In this document: one piece after another, positions 13,501 through 28,400 of the stretch
How the letters are laid out: every line of letters starts with the position of its first letter
Position numbering within the stretch: position 1 is the stretch's first letter
Origin: Eledone cirrhosa
Lineage: Eukaryota
Reading direction: 5' to 3'
Length of the DNA: 64,000 nucleotides
Assembly (NCBI GenBank): GCA_964016885.1
Contig: OZ024760.1
Span: forward strand, 30,318,001-30,382,000
The notes under the pieces: model-generated
The model's database searches: none
Told to the model about the DNA's origin: nothing
What the model saw: only the letters and a program-made list of their open reading frames with translations
Program-made: the position numbers and the translations under genes

Positions 13501-16500
13501 AATGTAATGTAATGTGTAATGTAATGTAATGTAATATAATGTAATGTAATGTAATGTGTAAAGTATTGTAATGTTTAATGTAATGTAATGTAATGTAATG
13601 TAATGTAATGTAATGTAATGTAATGTGTAATGTAATGTAATGTAATGTAATGTTTAACGTAATGTAATTTAATGTATTGTGTAATGTAATGTAATGAAAT
13701 GTAATGTAACGTAATGTAAGGTAATGTAATGTGTAATGTAATGTAATGTGTAATGTATGTAATGTAATGTAATGTGTAATGTAATGTAATGTAATGTGTA
13801 ATGTAATGTAATGTAATGTGTAATGTAATGTAATGTAATGTAATGTGTAATGTAATGTAATGTAATGTAATGTGTAACGTAATGTAATGTAATGTAATGT
13901 AATGTAATGTAACGTAATGTAATGTGTAACGTGAAGTAATGTAATGTAATGTAATGTAATGTAATGTAATGTGTAATGTAATGTAATATAATGTAATGTA
14001 ATGTGTAATGTAACGTAATGTAATGTAATGTAATGTAATGTGTCATGTAATGTAATGCAATGTAATGTGTAATGTAATGTAATGTAATGTAATGTGTAAT
14101 GTAATCTAATGTAATGTAATGTAATGTAATGTAATGTAATGCAATGTAATGTAATGTAATGTAATGTGTAATGTAATGTAATATAATGTGTAATGTAATG
14201 TAATGTAATGTAATGTAATGTAATGTAATGTTTAATGTAATGTAATGTAATGTAATGTAATATAATGTAATTTTTAACGTAATGTAATGTGTAATGTAAT
14301 GTAATGTGTAATGTAATGTAATGTAATGTAATGTAATGTGTAATGTGTAATGTAATGTAATGTAATGTAATGTAATGTAATGTAATGTAATGTAATGTAA
14401 TGTGTAATGTAATGTGTAATGTAATGTAATGTGTAATGTAATGTAATGTAATGTAATGTAATGTGTAATGTGTAATGTAATGTAATGTAATTTAATGAAA
14501 TGTAATGAAATGTAATGTAATGTAATATGTAATGTAATGTAATGTAATATGGAATGTAATGTAATGTAATGTAATCTAATCTAATGTAATGTAATGTGTA
14601 ATGTAATGTAATGTAATGTAATGTAATGTAATGTAATGTGTAATGTAATGTAATGTGTAATGTAATGTAATGTAATGTAATGTAATATGTAATGTAAAGT
14701 AATGTAATGTAATGTAATGTAATATGTAATGTAATGTAATGTAATGTAATGTAATGTAATGTGTAATGTAATGTAATGTGTAATGTAATGTAATGTAATG
14801 TAATGTAATGTAATGTAATGTAATGTAATGTAATGTGTAATGTAATGTAATGTAATGTAATGTAATGTAATGTGTAATGTAATGTCATTTGTAATGTAAT
14901 GTAATGTAATGTAATGTAATGTAATGTAATGTAATGTAATGTGTAATGTAATGTAATGTAATGTAATGTAATGTAATGTAATGTAATGTGTAATGTAATG
15001 TAATGTGTAATGTAATGTAATGTAATGTAATGTAATGTAATATGTAACGTAATGTAATGTAATGTAAAGTAATGTAATATGTAATGTAATGTAACGTAAT
15101 GTAATGTAATGTAATGTAATGTAATGTAATGTAATGTGTAGTGTAATGTAATATAATGTAATGTAAAGTAATGTAATGTAATGTAATGTGTAATGTAATG
15201 TAATGTGTAATGTAATGTAATGTAATGTAATGTAACGTAATATAATGTAATGTAATGTAAATTAAAGTGTAATGTAATGTAATCTAATGTAATGTAATCT
15301 AATGTGTAATGTAATGTTATGTAATGTAATGTAATGTGTAATGTAACGTAATGTAATGTAATGTAATGTAAGGTAATGTAATGTAATGTAATGTAATGTA
15401 ATGTAATGTGTAATGTAATGTAATGTAATGTAATGTAATGTGTAATGTAATGTAATTTGTAATGTAATGTAATGTAATGTAGTGTGTAATGTAATGTAAT
15501 GTAATGTAATGTAATGTATAATGTAATGTAATGTAATGTAATGTAATATTTAATGTAATGTAATGTAATGTAATGTAATGTAATATGTAATGTAATGTAA
15601 TGTGTAATGTAATGTAATGTAATGTAATGTAATGTAATGTAATGTAATGTGTAATGTAACGTAATGTAATGTAATGTAATGTAATGTGTAATGTAATGTA
15701 ATGTGTAAGGTAATGTAATGTAATGTAATGTAATGTAATGTAATGTAATGTGTAATGTAATGTAATGTAATGTAATGTAATGTAATGTAATGTAATGTAA
15801 TGTAATGTAATGTAATGTGTAATGTAATGTAATGTAATATAATGTGTAATGTAATGTAATGTAATGTAATGTAATGTAATGTAATGTAATGTAATGTAAT
15901 GTGTAATGTAATGTAATGTAAGTAATGTAATGTAATGTAATGTGTAATGTGTAATGTAATGTAATGTAATGTAATGTAATGTAATGTGTAATGTAATGTA
16001 ATGTAATGTAATGTAATGTGTATTGTGTAATGTAATGTAATGTGTAATGTAATGTAATGTATTGTAATGTAATGTAATGTAATGTAATGTGTAATGTAAT
16101 GTAATGTAATGTAACGTGTAACGTAACGTAATGTAATGTAATGTGTAATGTAATGTAATATAATGTAATATAATATAATGTGTAATGTAATGTAATGTAA
16201 TGTAATGTGTAATGTAATGTAATGTAATGTAATGTGTAAAGTAATGTAATGTAATGTAACGTTAAATGTAATGTAATGTAATGTAATGTGTAACGTAATG
16301 TAATGTAATGTAATGTAATGTGTAATGTAATGTAATGTAATGTAATGTAACGTAATGTAATGTGTAATGTAATGTAATGTGTAATGTAATGTAATGTAAT
16401 GTAATGTAATGTAATGTGTAATGTAATGTAATGTAATGTAATGTAATGTAATGTAAGTGTAATGTAATGTAATGTAATGTAATGTAAAGTAATGTAATGT

Positions 16501-19500
16501 AATGTAATGTAATGTGTAACGTAATGTAATGTAATGTAATGTAATGTAATGTAATGTAATGTAATGTGTAATGTAATGTAATGTAATGTAATGTAACGTA
16601 ATGTAATGTAATGTGTAATGTAATGTAATGTAATATAATGTAATGTAATGTAATGTGTAAAGTATTGTAATGTTTAATGTAATGTAATGTAATGTAATGT
16701 AATGTAATGTAATGTGTAATGTAATGTAATGTAATGTAATGTGTAATGTAATGTAATGTTTAACGTAATGTAATTTAATGTATTGTGTAATGTAATGTAA
16801 TGAAATGTAATGTAACGTAATGTAAGGTAATGTAATGTGTAATGTAATGTAATGTAATGTAATGTAATGCAATGTGTAATGTATGTAATGTAATGTAATG
16901 TGTAATGTAATGTAATGTAATGTGTAATGTAATGTAATGTAATGTAATGTGTAATGTAATGTAATGTAATGTAATGTGTAACGTAATGTAATGTAATGTA
17001 ATGTAATGTAATGTAACGTAATGTAATGTGTAACGTGAAGTAATGTAATGTAATGTAATGTAATGTAATGTAATATGTAATGTAATGTAATATAATGTAA
17101 TGTAATGTGTAATGTAACATAATGTAATGTAATGTAATGTAATGTGTCATGTAATGTAATGCAATGTAATGTGTAATGTAATGTAATGTAATGTAATGTG
17201 TAATGTAATCTAATGTAATGTAATGTAATGTAATGTAATGTAATGCAATGTAATGTAATGCAATGTAATGTTTAATGTAATGTAATGTAATGTAATGTTT
17301 AATGTAATGTAATGTAATGTAATGTAATGTAATATAATGTAATTTTTAACGTAATGTAATGTGTAATGTAATGTAATGTGTAATGTAATGTAATGTAATG
17401 TAATGTAATGTGTAATGTGTAATGTAATGTAATGTAATGTAATGTAATGTAATGTAATGTAATGTAATGTAATGTGTAATGTAATGTGTAATGTAATGTA
17501 ATGTGTAATGTAATGTAATGTAATGTAATGTAATGTAATGTAATGTGTAATGTGTAATGTAATGTAATGTAATTTAATGAAATGTAATGAAATGTAATGT
17601 AATGTAATATGTAATGTAATGTAATGTAATATGGAACGTAATGTAATGTAATGTAATCTAATCTAATCTAATGTAATGTGTAATGTAATGTAATGTAATG
17701 TAATGTAATGTAATGTAATGTGTAATGTAATGTGTAATGTAATGTAATGTAATGTAATGTAATGTAATATGTAATGTAAAGTAATGTAATGTAATGTAAT
17801 GTAATATGTAATGTAATGTAATGTAATGTAATGTAATGTAATGTGTAATGTAATGTAATGTGTAATGTAATGTAATGTAATGTAATGTAATGTAATGTAA
17901 TGTGTAATGTAATGTAATGTAATGTAATGTAATGTGTAATGTAATGTCATTTGTAATGTAATGTAATGTAATGTAGTGTGTAATGTAATGTAATGTAATG
18001 TAATGTAATGTAATGTAATGTAATGTAATGTAATGTAATGTGTAATGTAATGTAATGTAATGTAATGTAATGTAATGTAATGTAATGTAATGTGTAATGT
18101 AATGTAATGTGTAATGTAATGTAATGTAATGTAATGTAATATGTAACGTAATGTAATGTAATATAAAGTAATGTAATATGTAATGTAATGTAACGTAATG
18201 TAATGTAATGTAATGTAATGTAATGTAATGTGTAGTGTAATGTAATATAATGTAATGTAAAGTAATGTAATGTAATGTAATGTGTAATGTAATGTAATGT
18301 GTAATGTAATGTAATGTAATGTAATGTAATGTAACGTAATATAATGTAATGTAATGTAAATTAAAGTGTAATGTAATGTAATCTAATGTAATGTAATCTG
18401 ATGTGTAATGTAATGTTATGTAATGTAATGTAATGTGTAATGTAACGTAATGTAATGTAATGTAATGTAAGGTAATGTAATGTAATGTAATGTAATGTAA
18501 TGTGTAATGTAATGTAATGTAATGTAATGTAGTGTGTAATGTAATGTAATGTAATGTAATGTAATGTAATGTAATGTGTAATGTAATGTAATGTAATGTA
18601 ATGTAATGTGTAATGTAATGTAATGTAATGTGTAATGTAATGTAATGTAATGTAATGTAATGCAATGTGTAATGTAATGTAATCTAATGTAATGTAATGT
18701 TTAATGTAATGTAATGTAATGTAATGTGTAATGTAATGTAATGTAATGTAACGTAATGTGTAATGTAATGTAAGGTAATGTAATGTAATGTAATGTAATG
18801 TAATGTAATGTGTAATGTAATGTAATGTAATGTAATGTGTAATGTAATGTAATGTGTAATGTAATGTAATGTAATGTAATGTAATGTGTAATGTAATGTC
18901 ATGTAAAGTAATGTAATGTGTAATGTAATGTAATGTGTAATGTAATGTAATGTAATGTAACGTAATGTAATGTAATGTAATGCAATATTTAATATGTAAT
19001 GTAATGTAACGTAATGTAATGTAATGTAATGTAATGTAATGTAATGTAATGTAATGTAATGTAATATGTAATGTAATGTGTAATGTAATGTAATGTAACG
19101 TGTAATGTAATGTAATGTAATGTAATATAATGTAATGTAATGTGTAATGTAATGTAATGTAATGTAATGTAATGTAATTTAATGTAATGTAATGTAATGT
19201 AATGTAATGTAATGTAATGTAATGTAATGTAATGTGTAATGAAATGTAATGTAATGTAATGTAATGTAATGTGTAATGTAATGTAATGTAATGTGTAATG
19301 TAATGTAATGTAATGTAATGTAATGTAATGTAATGTAATGAAATGTAACGTAATGTGTAATGTAATGTAATGTAATGAAATGTAATGTAATGTGTAATGT
19401 AATTCAATGTAACGTAATGTAATGTAATGTAACGTAATGTAACGTAATGTAATGTGTAATGTAATGTAATGTAATGTAACGTAATGTGTAATGTAATGTA

Positions 19501-22500
19501 AGGTAATGTAATGTAATGTAATGTAATGTAATGTAATGTAATGTGTAATGTAATGTAATGTATGTAATGTGTAATGTAATGTAATGTGTAATGTAATATA
19601 ATGTAATGTAATTTAATGTAATGTGTAATGTAATGTCATGTAAAGTAATGTAATGTGTAATGTAATGTAATGTGTAATGTAATGTAATGTAATGTAACGT
19701 AATGTAATGTAATGTAATGCAATATTTAATATGTAATGTAATGTAACGTAATGTAATGTAATGTAATGTAACGTAATGTAATGTAATGTAATGTAATGTA
19801 ATGTAATGTAATGTAATGTAATGTAATGTAATGTAATGTAATATGTAATGTAATGTGTAATGTAATGTAATGTAACGTGTAATGTAATGTAATGTAATGT
19901 AATATAATGTAATGTAATGTGTAATGTAATGTAATGTAATGTAATGTAATGTAATGTAATTTAATGTAATGTAATGTAATGCAATGTAATGTAATGTAAT
20001 GTAATGTAATGTAATGTAATGTGTAATGAAATGTAATGTAATGTAATGTAATGTAATGTAATGTGTAATGTAATGTAATGTAATGTGTAATGTAATGTAA
20101 TGTAATGTAATGTAATGTAATGTAATGTAATGTAATGTAATGAAATGTAACGTAATGTGTAATGTAATGTAATGTAATGTAATGTAATATAATGTGTAAA
20201 GTAATGTAATATAATGTAATGTTTAATGTAATGTAATGGAATGTAACGTTATGTTTAATGTTATGTAATGTAATATAATGTAATTTTTAATCCAATGTAA
20301 TGTAATGTAATGTAATGTGTAAAGTAATGTAATGTAATGTAATGTAAAGTAATGTAATGTAATGTAATGTGTAATGTAATGTAATGTAATGTGTAATGTA
20401 ATGTAATGTAACGTAATGTAATGTAATGTAATGTAATGTAATGTAATGTAATGTGTAATGTAATGTAATGTGTAATGTAATGTAATGTAATGTAATGTAA
20501 TGTAATGTAATGTAATGTAATGTAATGTGTAATGTAATGTAATGTAATATAATGTGTAATGTAATGTAATGTAATATAATGTAATGTAATGTAATGTAAT
20601 GTAATGTAATGTAATGTAATGTAATATAATGTGTAATGTAATGTAATGTAATGTAATGTAATGTAATGTAATGTGTAATGTAATGTAATGTAATGTAATG
20701 TAATGTAATGTAATGTAATGTAATGTAATGTGTATTGTGTAATGTAATGTAATGTAATGTGTAATGTAATGTAATGTATTGTAATGTAATGTAATGTAAT
20801 GTAATGTGTAATGTAATGTAATGTAATGTAACGTGTAACGTAACGTAATGTAATGTGTAATGTAATGTAATATAATGTAATATAATATAATGTGTAATGT
20901 AATGTAATGTAATGTAATGTGTAATGTAATGTAATGTAATGTGTAAAGTAATGTAATGTAATGTAACGTTAAATGTAATGTAATGTAATGTAATGTGTAA
21001 CGTAATGTAATGTAATGTAATGTAATGTGTAATGTAATGTAATGTAATGTAATGTAACGTAATGTAATGTGTAATGTAATGTAATGTGTAATGTAATGTA
21101 ATGTAATGTAATGTAATGTAATGTGTAATGTAATGTAATGTAATGTAATGTAATGTAATGTAAGTGTAATGTAATGTAATGTAATGTAATGTAAAGTAAT
21201 GTAATGTAATGTAATGTAATGTAATGTGTAACGTAATGTAATGTAATGTAATGTAATGTAATGTAATGTAATGTGTAATGTAATGTAATGTAATGTAATG
21301 TAACGTAATGTAATGTAATGTGTAATGTAATGTAATGTAATATAATGTAATGTAATGTAATGTGTAAAGTATTGTAATGTTTAATGTAATGTAATGTAAT
21401 GTAATGTAATGTAATGTAATGTAATGTAATGTGTAATGTAATGTAATGTAATGTAATGTTTAACGTAATGTAATTTAATGTATTGTGTAATGTAATGTAA
21501 TGAAATGTAATGTAACGTAATGTAAGGTAATGTAATGTGTAATGTAATGTAATGTAATGTAATGCAATGTGTAATGTATGTAATGTAATGTAATGTGTAA
21601 TGTAATGTAATGTAATGTGTAATGTAATGTAATGTAATGTGTAATGTAATGTAATGTAATGTAATGTGTAATGTAATGTAATGTAATGTAATGTGTAACG
21701 TAATGTAATGTAATGTAATGTAATGTAATGTAACGTAATGTAATGTGTAACGTGAAGTAATGTAATGTAATGTAATGTAATGTAATGTAATGTGTAATGT
21801 AATGTAATATAATGTAATGTAATGTGTAATGTAACGTAATGTAATGTAATGTAATGTAATGTGTCATGTAATGTAATGCAATGTAATGTGTAATGTAATG
21901 TAATGTAATGTAATGTGTAATGTAATCTAATGTAATGTAATGTAATGTAATGTAATGTAATGCAATGTAATGTAATGTAATGTAATGTGTAATGTAATGT
22001 AATGTAATGTGTAATGTAATGTAATGTAATGTAATGTAATGTAATGTTTAATGTAATGTAATGTAATGTAATGTAATATAATGTAATTTTTAACGTAATG
22101 TAATGTGTAATGTAATGTAATGTGTAATGTAATGTAATGTAATGTAATGTAATGTGTAATGTGTAATGTAATGTAATGTAATGTAATGTAATGTAATGTA
22201 ATGTAATGTAATGTAATGTGTAATGTAATGTGTAATGTAATGTAATGTGTAATGTAATGTAATGTAATGTAATGTAATGTGTAATGTGTAATGTAATGTA
22301 ATGTAATTTAATGAAATGTAATGAAATGTAATGTAATGTAATATGTAATGTAATGTAATGTAATATGGAATGTAATGTAATGTAATGTAATCTAATCTAA
22401 TGTAATGTAATGTGTAATGTAATGTAATGTAATGTAATGTAATGTAATGTAATGTGTAATGTAATGTAATGTGTAATGTAATGTAATGTAATGTAATGTA

Positions 22501-23320
22501 ATATGTAATGTAAAGTAATGTAATGTAATGTAATGTAATATGTAATGTAATGTAATGTAATGTAATGTAATGTAATGTGTAATGTAATGTAATGTGTAAT
22601 GTAATGTAATGTAATGTAATGTAATGTAATGTAATGTAATGTAATGTAATGTGTAATGTAATGTAATGTAATGTAATGTAATGTAATGTAATGTGTAATG
22701 TAATGTCATTTGTAATGTAATGTAATGTAATGTAATGTAATGTAATGTAATGTAATGTAATGTAATGTAATGTGTAATGTAATGTAATGTAATGTAATGT
22801 AATGTAATGTAATGTAATGTGTAATGTAATGTAATGTGTAATGTAATGTAATGTAATGTAATGTAATGTAATATGTAACGTAATGTAATGTAATGTAAAG
22901 TAATGTAATATGTAATGTAATGTAACGTAATGTAATGTAATGTAATGTAATGTAATGTAATGTGTAGTGTAATGTAATATAATGTAATGTAAAGTAATGT
23001 AATGTAATGTAATGTGTAATGTAATGTAATGTGTAATGTAATGTAATGTAATGTAATGTAACGTAATATAATGTAATGTAATGTAAATTAAAGTGTAATG
23101 TAATGTAATCTAATGTAATGTAATCTAATGTGTAATGTAATGTTATGTAATGTAATGTAATGTGTAATGTAACGTAATGTAATGTAATGTAATGTAAGGT
23201 AATGTAATGTAATGTAATGTAATGTAATGTAATGTGTAATGTAATGTAATGTAATGTAATGTAATGTGTAATGTAATGTAATTTGTAATGTAATGTAATG
23301 TAATGTAGTGTGTAATGTAA
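7600..23320. repeat. Tandem segmental duplication, ~7.8-7.9 kb unit x2 (junction near 15490)
   Basis: Paired variants at near-constant offset: TATA...TATTTAAT 7615/15517, AACATAAT ~9221/~17118, TCTGATGTG ~10486/~18398, AATTCAATG ~11597/~19403, TGGAATGTAACGTTATG ~12426/~20237. Confidence 0.88.
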
Positions 23321-25449
23321 TGTAATGTAATGTAATGTAATGTAATGTGTAATGTAATGTAATGTAATGTAATGTAATGTGTAATGTAATGTAATGTAAT
23401 GTGTAATGTAATGTAATGTAATGTAATGTAATGCAATGTGTAATGTAATGTAATATAATGTAATGTAATGTTCAATGTAATGTAATGTAATGTAATGTGT
23501 AATGTAATGTAATATAATGTAACGTAATGTGTAATGTAATGTAAGGTAATGTAATGTAATGTAATGTAATGTAATGTGTAATGTAATGTGTAATGTAATG
23601 TTATGTAATGTAATGTGTAATGTAATGTAATGTGTAATGTAATGTAATGTAATGTAATTTAATGTAATGTGTAATGTAATGTCATGTAAAGTAATGTAAT
23701 GTGTAATGTAATGTAATGTGTAATGTAATGTAATGTAATGTAACGTAATGTAATGTAATGTAATGCAATATTTAATATGTAATGTAATGTAACGTAATGT
23801 AATGTAATGTAACGTAATGTAATGTAATGTAATGTAATGTAATGTAATGTAATGTAATATGTAATGTAATGTGTAATGTAATGTAATGTAACGTGTAATG
23901 TAATGTAATGTAACGTAATATAATGTAATGTAATGTGTAATGTAATGTAATGTAATGTAATGTAATGTAATGTAATGTAATTTAATGTAATGTAATGTAA
24001 TGTAATGTAATGTAATGTAATGTAATGTAATGTGTAATGAAATGTAATGTAATGTAATGTAATGTAATGTGTAATGTAATGTAATGTAATGTGTAATGTA
24101 ATGTAATGTAATGTAATGTAATGTAATGTAATGTAATGTAATGAAATGTAACGTAATGTGTAATGTAATGTAATGTAATGTAATGTAATATAATGTGTAA
24201 TGTAATGTAATATAATGTAATGTTTAATGTAATATAATGTAATTTTTAATGCAATGTAATGTAATGTAATGTAATGTAATGTAATGTAACGTAATGTAAT
24301 GTGTAATGTAATGTAATGTGTAATGTAATGTAATGTAATGTAATGTAATGTGTAATGTAATGTAATGTAATGTAATGTAATGTAATGTAAGTATAATGTA
24401 ATGTAATGTAATGTAATGTAAAGTAATGTAATGTAATGTAATGTAATGTAATGTGTAACGTAATGTAATGTAATGTAATGTAATGTAATGTAATGTAATG
24501 TAATGTAATGTGTAATGTAATGTACTGTAATGTAATGTAACGTAATGTAATGTAATGTGTAATGTAATGTAATGTAATATAATGTAATGTAATGTAATGT
24601 GTAAAGTATTGTAATGTTTAATGTAATGTAATGTAATGTAATGTAATGTAATGTAATGTGTAATGTAATGTAATGTAATGTAATGTGTAATGTAATGTAA
24701 TGTTTAACGTAATGTAATTCAATGTATTGTGTAATGTAATGTAATGAAATGTAATGTAACGTAATGTAAGGTAATGTAATGTGTAATGTAATGTAATGTA
24801 ATGTAATGTAATGCAATGTGTAATGTATGTAATATAATGTAATGTGTAATGTAATGTAATGTAATGTGTAATGTAATGTAATGTAATGTGTAATGTAATG
24901 TAATGTAATGTGTAATGTAATGTAATGTAATGTAACGTGTAACGTAACGTAATGTACTGTAATGTGTAATGTAATGTAATATAATGTAATATAATATAAT
25001 GTGTAATGTAATGTAATGTAATGTAATGTGTAATGTAATGTAATGTAATGTAATGTGTAAAGTAATGTAATGTAATGTAACGTTAAATGTAATGTAATGT
25101 AATGTAATGTGTAACGTAATGTAATGTAATGTAATGTAATGTGTAATGTAATGTAATGTAATGTAATGTAACGTAATGTAATGTGTAATGTAATGTAATG
25201 TGTAATGTAATGTAATGTAATGTAATGTAATGTAATGTAATGTAATGTGTAATGTAATGTAATGTAATGTAATGTAATGTAATGTAATGTAATGTAAGTG
25301 TAATGTAATGTAATGTAATGTAATGTAAAGTAATGTAATGTAATGCAATGTAATGTGTAACGTAATGTTATGTAATGTAATGTAATGTAATGTAATGTAA
25401 TGTAATGTGTAATGTAATGTAATGTAATGTAATGTAACGTAATGTAATG

Positions 25450-28400
25450 TAATGTGTAATGTAATGTAATGTAATATAATGTAATGTAATGTAATGTGTA
25501 AAGTATTGTAATGTTTAATGTAATGTAATGTAATGTAATGTAATGTAATGTGTAATATAATGTAATGTAATGTAATGTGTAATGTAATGTAATGTTTAAC
25601 GTAATGTAATTTAATGTATTGTGTAATGTAATGTAATGAAATGTAATGTAACGTAATGTAAGGTAATGTAATGTGTAATGTAATGTAATGTAATGTAATG
25701 TAATGCAATGTGTAATGTATGTAATGTAATGTAATGTGTAATGTAATGTAATGTAATGTGTAATGTAATGTAATGTAATGTAATGTGTAATGTAATGTAA
25801 TGTAATGTAATGTGTAACGTAATGTAATGTAATGTAATGTAATGTAACGTAATGTAATGTGTAACGTGAAGTAATGTAATGTAATGTAATGTAATGTAAT
25901 GTAATGTAATGTGTAATGTAATGTAATATAATGTAATGTAATGTGTAATGTAACGTAATGTAATGTAATGTAATGTAATGTGTCATGTAATGTAATGCAA
26001 TGTAATGTGTAATGTAATGTAATGTAATGTAATGTGTAATGTAATCTAATGTAATGTAATGTAATGTAATGTAATGTAATGCAATGTAATGTAATGTAAT
26101 GTAATGTGTAATGTAATGTAATGTAATGTGTAATGTAATGTAATGTAATGTAATGTAATGTTTAATGTAATGTAATGTAATGTAATGTTTAATGTAATGT
26201 AATGTAATGTAATGTAATGTAATATAATGTAATTTTTAACGTAATGTAATGTGTAATGTAATGTAATGTGTAATGTAATGTAATGTAATGTAATGTAATG
26301 TGTAATGTGTAATGTAATGTAATGTAATGTAATGTAATGTAATGTAATGTAATGTAATGTGTAATGTAATGTGTAATGTGTAATGTAATGTAATGTAATT
26401 TAATGAAATGTAATGAAATGTAATGTAATGTAATATGTAATGTAATGTAATGTAATATGGAACGTAATGTAATGTAATGTAATCTAATCTAATCTAATGT
26501 AATGTGTAATGTAATGTAATGTAATGTAATGTAATGTAATGTAATGTGTAATGTAATGTAATGTGTAATGTAATGTAATGTAATGTAATATGTAATGTAA
26601 AGTAATGTAATGTAATGTAATGTAATATGTAATGTAATGTAATGTAATGTAATGTAATGTAATGTGTAATGTAATGTAATGTGTAATGTAATGTAATGTA
26701 ATGTAATGTAATGTAATGTAATGTGTAATGTAATGTAATGTAATGTAATGTAATGTAATGTAATGTGTAATGTAATGTCATTTGTAATGTAATGTAATGT
26801 AATGTAATGTAATGTAATGTAATGTAATGTAATGTAATGTAATGTAATGTAATGTGTAATGTAATGTAATGTAATGTAATGTAATGTAATGTAATGTAAT
26901 GTAATGTGTAATGTAATGTAATGTGTAATGTAATGTAATGTAATGTAATGTAATATGTAACGTAATGTAATGTAATGTAAAGTAATGTAATATGTAATGT
27001 AATGTAACGTAATGTAATGTAATATAATGTAATGTAAAGTAATGTAATGTAATGTAATGTGTAATGTAATGTAATGTGTAATGTAATGTAATGTCATGTA
27101 ATGTAACGTAATATAATGTAATGTAAATTAAAGTGTAATGTAATGTAATCTAATGTAATGTAATCTAATGTGTAATGTAATGTTATGTAATGTAATGTAA
27201 TGTGTAATGTAATGTAATGTAATGTAACGTAATGTGTAATGTAATGTAATTTGTAATGTAATGTAATGTAATGTAGTGTGTAATGTAATGTAATGTAATG
27301 TAATGTAATGTAATGTAATGTGTAATGTAATGTAATGTAATGTAATGTAATGTGTAATGTAATGTAATGTAATGTGTAATGTAATGTAATGTAATGTAAT
27401 GTAATGCAAAGTGTAATGTAATGTAATCTAATGTAATGTAATGTTTAATGTAATGTAATGTAATGTAATGTGTAATGTAATGTAATGTAATGTAACGTAA
27501 TGTGTAATGTAATGTAAGGTAATGTAATGTAATGTAATGTAATGTAATGTGTAATGTAATGTAATGTAATGTAATTTAATGTAATGTGTAATGTAATGTC
27601 ATGTAAAGTAATGTAATGTGTAATGTAATGTAATGTGTAATGTAATGTAATGTAATGTAACGTAATGTAATGTAATGTAATGCAATATTTAATATGTAAT
27701 GTAATGTAACGTAATGTAATGTAATGTAATGTAATGTAATGTAATGTAATGTAATATGTAATGTAATGTGTAATGTAATGTAATGTAACGTGTAATGTAA
27801 TGTAATGTAATGTAATATAATGTAATGTAATGTGTAATGTAATGTAATGTAATGTAATGTAATGTAATGTAATTTAATGTAATGTAATGTAATGTAATGT
27901 AATGTAATGTAATGTAATGTAATGTGTAATGAAATGTAATGTAATGTAATGTAATGTGTAATGTAATGTAATGTAATGTGTAATGTAATGTAATGTAATG
28001 TAATGTAATGTAATGTAATGTAATGTAATGTAATGAAATGTAACGTAATGTGTAATGTAATGTAATGTAATGAAATGTAATGTAATGTGTAATGTAATGT
28101 AATTCAATGTAACGTAATGTAATGTAATGTAACGTAATGTAACGTAATGTAATGTGTAATGTAATGTAATGTAATGTAACATAATGTGTAATGTAATGTA
28201 AGGTAATGTAATGTAATGTCATGTAAAGTAATGTAATGTGTAATGTAATGTAATGTGTAATGTAATGTAATGTAATGTAACGTAATGTAATGTAATGTAA
28301 TGCAATATTTAATATGTAATGTAATGTAACGTAATGTAATGTAATGTAACGTAATGTAATGTAATGTAATGTAATGTAATGTAATGTAATGTAATGTAAT

